The translations under genes were made by a program, and so were the position numbers. Shown here one piece after another: positions 37,296-43,902 of a stretch of 43,902 nt of DNA. The DNA lies in the NCBI GenBank assembly GCA_025774115.1, contig JALGWN010000011.1:1-43902 (forward strand), written 5' to 3'. The stretch is from a bacterium (GTDB lineage Bacteria > Arandabacterota > Arandabacteria > Arandabacterales > Arandabacteraceae). The notes under the pieces are model-generated. The model did not search any database. It saw only the letters and a list, made by a program, of their open reading frames with translations, and was not told the DNA's origin. Position 1 is the first letter of the stretch; each line of letters starts with the position of its first letter.

Positions 37296-37477
37296 AGCCC
37301 GGATTATTCACAAGCCCTCTGCTGCGGCGGCGTATCTGCCAGTGTTGACAGCGTCATCCTCGCTTGCCGATCCTCGACGTATCGCTAAGATACGTCTCCG
37401 GTCGGCTCACTCGTTTTCCTTGCCACCGCCGGCATCTCCGTCACCTCGCGACGAGGTTTATGAATAGTCCGGGCTAG
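37294..37477. mobile_element. MITE-like element (184 bp) bounded by CTAG
   Basis: Terminal inverted repeats match at 20 of 23 positions; central GACGTATC-N5-GATACGTC hairpin; related copies at 29001 and 41058. Confidence 0.75.
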
Positions 37478-37505
37478 CGGAAGTGTCGCCGTGGAGGAGG
37501 GAACG

Positions 37506-38447
37506 CTACGCCGCGGGCCGGCTCTTAAACCATGCCACGGTGCGTTCGAGACCTTCTTCGAAGGAGATCTTCGGGCTGTATCCCAGGAGGCTCGATGCTC
37601 TGGATATATCGCCCAGGGAGTGTTTGATATCGCCGGCGCGCGGCTCGTCATGCGTGGGATCGATATCGGATCCGGTGAGTCGTTTGAGGTTCTTGGCGAG
37701 CTCATTGAGCGTGTACTGGGTGCCGCAGGCCACATTTATGGTCTTCCCGTCGGCCTTGTCGGACCGGGTGGCCAGGAGGTTGGCCTGGACCGCATTGTCT
37801 ATGTAGGTGAAGTCCCTCGACTGCTCCCCGTCGCCGAAGACCTGGGGGCTCTCGCCCTTAAGAAGCCTGGTTATAAAGATGGGGACTACCGCCGCATACT
37901 GGGAATGGGGGTCCTGATACGGCCCGAATATATTGAAGTACCTCAGGCTCACGGTGGGAAGCCCATAGACCTCATAGAAGACCCGGCAGTACATCTCCCC
38001 CACCAACTTGGAGACCCCATAAGGAGATAAGGGCCGCGGAGTCATATCCTCATGTTTGGGGAGTTTTGGGCTGTCGCCATAGGCCGAGGACGATGCCGCA
38101 AAGACGAATCTCTTCGCCTTCACATCCCTCGCCACAAGCAGGCAGTTCAGGGTGCCGTCCACATTGACCTCATTCGTCCGGACGGGCTCGTCGATCGATC
38201 TCGGGACCGACACCACCGCCGCCTGGTGGAAGACATAGTCGATCCCCTCCATCGCCTCTTTCACCCTGCCGATATCGCATATGTCTCCGACAATGAGTTT
38301 CACGCGGTCCTTGATGTCTCCCAGGTTCTCCCGCTTTCCCGTGGACAGGTCGTCAAGCACTACGACCTCTTCGCCCAGGGACAGGAGCGTCCTGGCCAGA
38401 TGCGATCCGATGAAGCCCGCTCCGCCTGTGATGAGGTATCTTGCCAT
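37506..38447 (-). CDS. NAD-dependent UDP-sugar 4-epimerase (WbpP/GalE-like SDR)
   Basis: TGGAGFIGSH, SPYGVSK, RYFNIFGP, GDGEQSRDFTY. Confidence 0.92.
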   Translation of the reverse strand: MARYLITGGAGFIGSHLARTLLSLGEEVVVLDDLSTGKRENLGDIKDRVKLIVGDICDIGRVKEAMEGIDYVFHQAAVVSVPRSIDEPVRTNEVNVDGTLNCLLVARDVKAKRFVFAASSSAYGDSPKLPKHEDMTPRPLSPYGVSKLVGEMYCRVFYEVYGLPTVSLRYFNIFGPYQDPHSQYAAVVPIFITRLLKGESPQVFGDGEQSRDFTYIDNAVQANLLATRSDKADGKTINVACGTQYTLNELAKNLKRLTGSDIDPTHDEPRAGDIKHSLGDISRASSLLGYSPKISFEEGLERTVAWFKSRPAA

Positions 38448-38455
38448 CTGTGAGT

Positions 38456-39781
38456 TTAGATCCTTCTAATGGTGATGGAGTCAAAGTCCTTAAGAGCGTT
38501 GCGGGTATCCACAATAGCCCTGGAGTTCTTTACGATCATGTTATAGTCAAAAGCCGAATGATCCGTTACGATGACAACGCAGTCGTATGATTTCACCTTG
38601 CGACCCGTCAGGCGGACGCCTTTCATCCTCACGCCATCGACCTCTATTGCCTCCACGTGGGGATCGGAATAATCGACCCGGCCACCCTTCTCCTTAAGTA
38701 GTCTTATCACATCCACGGCCGGTGATTCGCGGGTGTCATTCACGTTCCGTTTGTAGGCCGCCCCCAGGACAAGCACCTTCGATCCGTTTATGCTCTTCCG
38801 GGATTCGTTGAGGGCATTGTTCACCTTGGAGACCACATAGTCGGGCATGCTGGAGTTTATCTGGCCGGCCAGCTCGATGAAGCGCGGCTCGAAGCCGGCC
38901 ATCTTGGCCTTCCAGGAAAGATAGAAGGGATCGATGGGGATGCAGTGACCTCCGAGGCCGGGACCCGGATAGAACTTCAGGAATCCGAAGGGTTTGGTTG
39001 CAGCCGCCTCGATGACCTGCCAGACGTCTATGTTCATCCTGTCGCACATGAGGCACATCTCGTTCACCAACCCGATGTTCACGCTCCGGAAGGTATTCTC
39101 GAGGAGTTTCACCATCTCCGCTACGGTGGGGGATGATACCGGAACGATGTGTTCCATTGAGAGACTGTAGAGGTCGCAGGCCACCTTGGTGCAATTGGCC
39201 GTCACCCCGCCGACGACTTTAGGGATATTGGTGGTCTTAAACTTGGGATTCCCGGGATCCACCCTCTCGGGCGAGAAGGCAAGAAAGAAATCCCTTCCGA
39301 CCTTGAGCCCGGTGCTTTCAAGCCGCGGCAGCATCACTTCTTCGGTGGTACCCGGATAGGTCGTGCTCTCGAGGATCACGAGCTGCCCGGGCTTGAGATA
39401 CTTGGCTATCTGCTCCACCGCGTCGATGACGAATGAGATATCCGGGTCCTTGGTCTTCCTCAAGGGCGTGGGTACGCAGATATCGATGACGTCCGAGTCG
39501 CGCAACACTGCGAAGTCGGTGGTGGCAACCAGGCGGCGCTTTCGCGTCACCGTCCTTAAGTCCCGGTGGCTCACATCCTGTATGTAGGACCTGCCTTTGT
39601 TTACCATCTCCACTTTCTCGGCGTTCACATCTATGCCGTAAACATTGAGCCCGGACTTCGCCATCTCCACCGCAAGAGGGAGTCCCACATACCCCAGTCC
39701 GATGACCGCAATAGTGGCGTCGCGCTTGCGTATCTTTCTCTTCAGACTGTTGAAAACGGTTTTTTCTTTCCGCTTATCCAT
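38456..39781 (-). CDS. UDP-N-acetylhexosamine 6-dehydrogenase (WbpA/WecC family)
   Basis: GLGYVGLP, CVPTP, ESTTYPGTT, SPERVDPG, GGHCIPIDP, RESP. Confidence 0.93.
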   Translation of the reverse strand: MDKRKEKTVFNSLKRKIRKRDATIAVIGLGYVGLPLAVEMAKSGLNVYGIDVNAEKVEMVNKGRSYIQDVSHRDLRTVTRKRRLVATTDFAVLRDSDVIDICVPTPLRKTKDPDISFVIDAVEQIAKYLKPGQLVILESTTYPGTTEEVMLPRLESTGLKVGRDFFLAFSPERVDPGNPKFKTTNIPKVVGGVTANCTKVACDLYSLSMEHIVPVSSPTVAEMVKLLENTFRSVNIGLVNEMCLMCDRMNIDVWQVIEAAATKPFGFLKFYPGPGLGGHCIPIDPFYLSWKAKMAGFEPRFIELAGQINSSMPDYVVSKVNNALNESRKSINGSKVLVLGAAYKRNVNDTRESPAVDVIRLLKEKGGRVDYSDPHVEAIEVDGVRMKGVRLTGRKVKSYDCVVIVTDHSAFDYNMIVKNSRAIVDTRNALKDFDSITIRRI

Positions 39782-40809
39782 ACCAGATTCCTTCCATGCC
39801 TCTTCGCCTTATAGAGGGCCTTGTCTGAACTCGATATCAACTCCGGTACGGTACCGCCGTCCTCCGGAAAAGATGCTATTCCCATGCTCGCCGTGATCTT
39901 GCCCGTCAGGTCTTCACCCGGGAAGCGATGTTTGTCGATGGCGACCCGGATACGTTCGGCTGCAAGAGCCGCACCTTTTTTCGGCGTCCTGGGCAGCACC
40001 ACCACAAATTCATCGCCCCCATACTTGCAGAGCATGTCTATTGATCTTAACTTCTGAGACACTATTTGGGCAACACTTCTTATTACGGCACTGCCTCTCA
40101 GGTGTCCGTGCGTGTCGTTGTACTCTTTGAGTCCGTCCACGTCCAGCATGATTATCGAGAACTTTTCCTTGAAGCGATCCGAACGCCCTATCTCCTTCCT
40201 CAGGGTATCAATGAGGAACCTGTAATTGTAGGCCCCGGTGAGCCCATCGGTGATGGACAGCGTCTGGGTCCGCTCGAATTCGCGGGCGTTCCTTATGGCG
40301 ATTCCCGCCTGGCGCGCCAGCAGTCCGAAAAGCCCCATCTCCTGCTCGTCGGGGACCCTGTCCCCGGCTGTCACGACCCCTATCATACCGATTCTCCGCT
40401 TCCGGTACTGAAGGCCGGCCACGATTATGGCGGGCGAGGCGGGCATGCCGTCCAGGCCGGACAGCCGCTCCACCTGCTTGGCGGTGCCCGTGCGGGCCAG
40501 TCTTCTGGGCTTTGGGTCCCGGTAGACTTTCTCCACGAAACCGGCCATGCGCACCGGTCCCTCCTTCACGGCCAAACGGCTGTTCGGGCGGGGTGGTGAA
40601 TAGGAGACCCTGGTGTAAGCGCGTTTCTTCTCGAGAATCGCAAAAGACGCCTTGCCCGACATGATATCCGAGGCGCAGGCCAGTATCGGTGTTACGATTC
40701 TTGAGATGGAAGCACCGGTCGTTATGAGGCCGCTGACCTCGATGAAGGTGGAGAAGACAAGATCAAGCTTATGGGGGAGCAGCCTCTGGCCTCTCTTGCT
40801 CTTTGCCAT
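39742..40809 (-). CDS. GAF-like + GGDEF diguanylate cyclase
   Basis: DGLTG.YN, RSID (RxxD I-site), YGGDEF, ALYKAK..GRN. Confidence 0.92.
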   Translation of the reverse strand: MAKSKRGQRLLPHKLDLVFSTFIEVSGLITTGASISRIVTPILACASDIMSGKASFAILEKKRAYTRVSYSPPRPNSRLAVKEGPVRMAGFVEKVYRDPKPRRLARTGTAKQVERLSGLDGMPASPAIIVAGLQYRKRRIGMIGVVTAGDRVPDEQEMGLFGLLARQAGIAIRNAREFERTQTLSITDGLTGAYNYRFLIDTLRKEIGRSDRFKEKFSIIMLDVDGLKEYNDTHGHLRGSAVIRSVAQIVSQKLRSIDMLCKYGGDEFVVVLPRTPKKGAALAAERIRVAIDKHRFPGEDLTGKITASMGIASFPEDGGTVPELISSSDKALYKAKRHGRNLVWISGKKKPFSTV

Positions 40810-40824
40810 AGCCGGTGTGGCCCC

Positions 40825-41046
40825 CTAACCTGTATTCCTCAACGCCGACAAGATCAGCTTCAGGCCACGGTACGTAACCCAGCATATCCCCCCTATTATT
40901 GCTATCGGGAAAATACGGACACTCTTGACCGAAATACCGGCGGCGGGGAAGATCTGATAGAACTTCCATAAGAGGACCCCGAGCAGTATAGCCACAGTCA
41001 GGAGAATCGCGCCACGGGTGAAATCTACGATCCTGTTAGGCTCCAT
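40825..41046 (-). CDS. Small two-TM membrane protein, hypothetical
   Basis: Two hydrophobic segments, purine-rich RBS, directly upstream of the GGDEF gene. Confidence 0.55.
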   Translation of the reverse strand: MEPNRIVDFTRGAILLTVAILLGVLLWKFYQIFPAAGISVKSVRIFPIAIIGGICWVTYRGLKLILSALRNTG

Positions 41047-41057
41047 CCCTACCTTTC

Positions 41058-41235
41058 GCCCGGATCATCCTCAAGCCCTCTACTGCGGTGCCGTACCTGC
41101 CGGCGCTGCCGGCGTCATCCTTGCTTGCCAATCCTCGAGGTATGCTTCGAATACGCCTCCGGTTGTCTCGCTCGTCTCCCTTGCCATCTCCGACATCTCC
41201 GACACCTCGCGACGAGGTTTGTGCACAACCCGGGC
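41058..41235. mobile_element. Diverged full-length copy of the 37294 MITE family
   Basis: GCCCGG...CCGGGC ends; collinear similarity throughout (AAGCCCTCT.CTGCGG, GCGTCATCCT.GCTTGCC.ATCCTCGA, CACCTCGCGACGAGGTTT). Confidence 0.7.
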
Positions 41236-41243
41236 TGTGAGTT

Positions 41244-41321
41244 TGGTACCCCCGGCAAGACTCGAACTTGCGGCACACGGTTTAGGAAACCGTTGCTCTA
41301 TCCTAACTGAGCTACGGGGGC
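41244..41321 (-). tRNA. tRNA-Arg (anticodon CCT)
   Basis: GCCCCCGTAGCTCAGTTAGGATAGAGCAACGGTTTCCTAAACCGT...GTTCGAGTC...GGGGGTACCA forms a cloverleaf with encoded CCA. Confidence 0.95.
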
Positions 41322-41327
41322 ACCCCC

Positions 41328-41855
41328 TCATTCATAAGTTATGACAGAAAATACGTCGTATTTGTCAAGCAATTTCCTGCCCTCAAGACCCAGGAGCTCG
41401 ACCAGAAAGACGATGCTGAGGATCTCGCCGCCCAGCCGTTCGACAAGTTCTGCGGTGGCCTTGGCGGTGCCTCCTGTGGCCAGAAGATCGTCGACGATGA
41501 GCACGTGCTCTCCCGGCTTCAGGGCATCCTTGTGTATCTCCACAGAGGCTGTGCCGTATTCAAGCGTGTAGGCTTGCTTCTCGGTGTCATAAGGGAGCTT
41601 TCCCGGTTTTCGGACAGGCACTACGCCGCAGCCCATGAGGTATCCCATCGCACCACCGAAGAGAAAGCCCCGGGCTTCGACACACACTATCTTGTCGATC
41701 TTCTTATCCTTGTAAGGTGCGATCATCGCTTCCACAGCCATGCGGAATCCCTCTGCATCCTTGAGCAGGGTCGTGATGTCTCTGAATAGAATACCCTCCT
41801 TAGGGAAATCGGGAATACTGCGAATTAGTTGTCTGAGGTGTTCCTCCAACGTCAC
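41328..41855 (-). CDS. apt: Adenine phosphoribosyltransferase
   Basis: IPDFPKEGILFRDITTLL, EARGF, RKPGKLP, VDDLLATGGT. Confidence 0.96.
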   Translation of the reverse strand: MTLEEHLRQLIRSIPDFPKEGILFRDITTLLKDAEGFRMAVEAMIAPYKDKKIDKIVCVEARGFLFGGAMGYLMGCGVVPVRKPGKLPYDTEKQAYTLEYGTASVEIHKDALKPGEHVLIVDDLLATGGTAKATAELVERLGGEILSIVFLVELLGLEGRKLLDKYDVFSVITYE

Positions 41856-41882
41856 TCCTCCTCTCCCGCGGGCCGCCTGCGC

Positions 41883-42164
41883 TCAGAACGCATAATCGAA
41901 TCCGCTGAAATCTTTCCTGGGCTCTTCCCACTGGATATCGAGCCCATCAACGGTTGCATATCTGGGGCCCGTCCTGAGTTCCCTGATGAGAATTTCAACC
42001 GGGCCTCTCTCCCCCTCTGCTACAATCTCCACGGTCCCGTCACTTCTGTTCCTCACCTCGCCGTCAAGGCCCAGAGAGGTCGCCGTGTTTCTCACGAAGT
42101 ACCTGAAACCCACCCCCTGCACGATCCCCCTTACTCTTATCCGGGCTCTTACCAGTTCTCCCAT
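41883..42164 (-). CDS. acyP: Acylphosphatase
   Basis: GIVQGVGFR, VRNRSDGTVE, GP. Confidence 0.93.
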   Translation of the reverse strand: MGELVRARIRVRGIVQGVGFRYFVRNTATSLGLDGEVRNRSDGTVEIVAEGERGPVEILIRELRTGPRYATVDGLDIQWEEPRKDFSGFDYAF

Positions 42165-42173
42165 GGCACAAGC

Positions 42174-42620
42174 CTATCCATTAAGGGCCTTCTCGACAGC
42201 CTCCTCGGGACTCTTGGCCGGGACTATGGCTGGGTCGCATTCCCATGATCTCAGGCCCACGACCTTCTTACCCAAACCGAGGCTAAAGCCTATCTCCGAA
42301 AGCGTCCCATAACGCCCCCCTATAGCTATCAGGGTATCGGCCGTATGGGCGATAATTGCGTTTCTTGCGTGTCCCATGTTAGTGGCTATACCGATGTCGA
42401 TATGGGGGTTGGCCTCGGCCCTCGTCGGCCCGGGGAGTATACCTATCGTGATCCCTCCCTCGGCCTTGGCACCCCGCGAAGCCGCCTCCATCACCCCGCC
42501 CAGACCTCCACACACTAGCACGCAACCGGCCCGGGCTATAAGCCGCCCTACCTTCTCAGCCAGAAGCACTATGTCCGGAGGCGCCTCGGAGCCTCCTATC
42601 ACACCGATAATCTTGGTCAT
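42174..42620 (-). CDS. TIGR00725-like LOG/Rossmann-fold nucleotide-binding protein
   Basis: IGVIGG, CGGLGGVMEAA, GILPG, ARN, GG.YGTLSEI. ATG 42620 chosen. Confidence 0.85.
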   Translation of the reverse strand: MTKIIGVIGGSEAPPDIVLLAEKVGRLIARAGCVLVCGGLGGVMEAASRGAKAEGGITIGILPGPTRAEANPHIDIGIATNMGHARNAIIAHTADTLIAIGGRYGTLSEIGFSLGLGKKVVGLRSWECDPAIVPAKSPEEAVEKALNG

Positions 42621-42728
42621 AACCCTCCCAAGTTGCCATCTAACCCCAAGCATTCTATTACCTCAGGCTCCCAAAATCAACTGAAACGATAATGTATCGT
42701 CGTTCTGCTGGGTTGCGCCACCGTATTC

Positions 42729-42789
42729 GTAGCGTTGCCAGTCCCGTGGTGACGACTGATCTGTGTAGGGTCGGGGTTCCACCCCCGAC
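42729..42789 (+). repeat. Two GTAG-headed REP-like hairpins
   Basis: GTAG-CGTTGCCA...TGGTGACG and GTAG-G-GTCGGGG...CCCCGAC. Confidence 0.45.
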
Positions 42790-42967
42790 GTCGGTTTGCG
42801 TCGGTTGTTCCGGAGGTACCCCACACCAGAATTTGGGGTCGGGGTTGACACTGCCGAAAAGCGGGTGATAGACTCCAACGGATCAAAGGACTTGGGGCGT
42901 CAGGCGGATTTGTTCTCTCCCATCCCCGTGACGCCACCGCATCCTTGGCCCTTCGGAGGTGCCCGGC

Positions 42968-43902
42968 ATGGAAGTCAGGCGGCTAAAAGACTTCGCTGAA
43001 ATAGACCGTGAGCGTTGGGCCGCACTCTGCTCGCGAAGCGGCACCAACACCATATTCCAAACTTACGAATGGCACCAGGCCTGGTGGGAAGCCTACGGCG
43101 AGGCCTCTGAGCTCTACCTGCTTGTGCTGGAAGACGGGTCCGCCCTGGTCGGGATCGCCCCCATGATGCTCTCTCATGAAGCCGGGGGCCGGAAGGTGCT
43201 CGTCTTTATCGGAGATTATAGATCTGACTATCTCGACTTCATATATGATGCCGGGAAGCCCGAGGTGGTCCACGCCCTCATAGCCTATTTCGCCGGGAGG
43301 CGAGGCGACTGGGACAGCATCGGTCTCAGCGAAATCCCGGAGGGCTCCCCTACCCATCGGGAGCTTGCATCCGCTGCCGAGCGAAATCGCCTCTACTGTG
43401 GCATCGTCAGAAAGAGGGAGTGCCCCGCCCTCGTCATCAAGGGCAACGAAAGCCAAGCGAATGAGATAATCAGTAAGAAGAAGCTAAGGTATTACAAGAG
43501 GTACTTTGAGAAGAAACAGGGCTACAGTGTCCGGCATCTTGCCGGACGTGACGAGATCGGTCGATATCTCGATGGTTTCTTCGAGCAGCATATAGCCAGA
43601 TGGGCAGGAACACCCACCCCAAGCATATTCCTGGAGGAGGAAAGCAAGATCTTCTATGGACAACTGCTCTCCTCCATGTGTGACAAAGGGTGGATAACCT
43701 TCACCGTAGTAGAGTCGGAAGGCGCACCGATTGCCTATCACTTCGGTTTTGTCTATAGGAACGTGTTCGTGCTCTACAAGCCCATCTACAACCCACTCCT
43801 GGCCAAGCGCTCGCCGGGGCAGGTGTTGCTTAAGGAACTCATGGAATTCGCGCTTGCCCGGAAGTACGACGAGTTCGATTTCACTGTAGGAGCCGAAGCC
43901 TA
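42968..43902 (+). CDS. CelD/BcsL-family GNAT acetyltransferase, runs off the window edge
   Basis: Not in the ORF track. GGAGG RBS; MEVRRLKDF...IFQTYEWHQAWW...LVGIAPM...SDYLDF...SPGQVLL...FDFTVGAE. Confidence 0.85.
   Translation, partial: MEVRRLKDFAEIDRERWAALCSRSGTNTIFQTYEWHQAWWEAYGEASELYLLVLEDGSALVGIAPMMLSHEAGGRKVLVFIGDYRSDYLDFIYDAGKPEVVHALIAYFAGRRGDWDSIGLSEIPEGSPTHRELASAAERNRLYCGIVRKRECPALVIKGNESQANEIISKKKLRYYKRYFEKKQGYSVRHLAGRDEIGRYLDGFFEQHIARWAGTPTPSIFLEEESKIFYGQLLSSMCDKGWITFTVVESEGAPIAYHFGFVYRNVFVLYKPIYNPLLAKRSPGQVLLKELMEFALARKYDEFDFTVGAEA

Noticed and set aside
41244-41321. tRNA-Arg as the attachment site of an integrated island
   Set aside because: No integrase and no duplicated tRNA 3' end seen in the window; only a MITE adjoins it.
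41036-41344. Short ORFs over the MITE and tRNA
   Set aside because: Translations of repeat and tRNA sequence.
42983-43741. Minus-strand ORFs of 157 and 85 aa
   Set aside because: Antisense to the edge-truncated CelD/BcsL GNAT gene on the + strand.

Overview
GC-rich bacterial chromosomal segment with no rRNA, CRISPR array, transposase or phage gene seen. A secreted protein ending in 'TTWGRVKSMYR' and a 'YPNPF'/FlgD-Ig tail hint at an FCB-group candidate lineage (Eisenbacteria/Krumholzibacteriota-like; inference). The left part (4.1-16.5 kb) is a dense signalling cluster: PilZ, CheA, MCP, MshEN-PilB/GspE ATPase, STAS, CsrA, FlgM-like protein, sigma54 activator, FliA/WhiG sigma28, hybrid kinase and REC-HisKA protein. 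No flagellar structural gene or pilin lies in the window. Hand-read promoter motifs suggest a loop: a sigma54 promoter with an IHF site drives fliA, and four sigma28-type promoters with a shared 16-nt spacer precede cheA, the STAS-csrA-flgM-activator operon, an unannotated 24-aa peptide and a distant kinase/sigma54-activator pair. A dif-like site at 25079-25106 sits where gene orientation converges, so the window probably spans the replication terminus. The right part is mostly housekeeping and cell-envelope genes (S9 peptidase, GT4, leuS, trxB, LptE-like, UDP-sugar enzymes, GGDEF, tRNA-Arg, apt, acyP), interspersed with MITE-like and REP-like repeats. All calls come from reading motifs by eye; no database searches were run.
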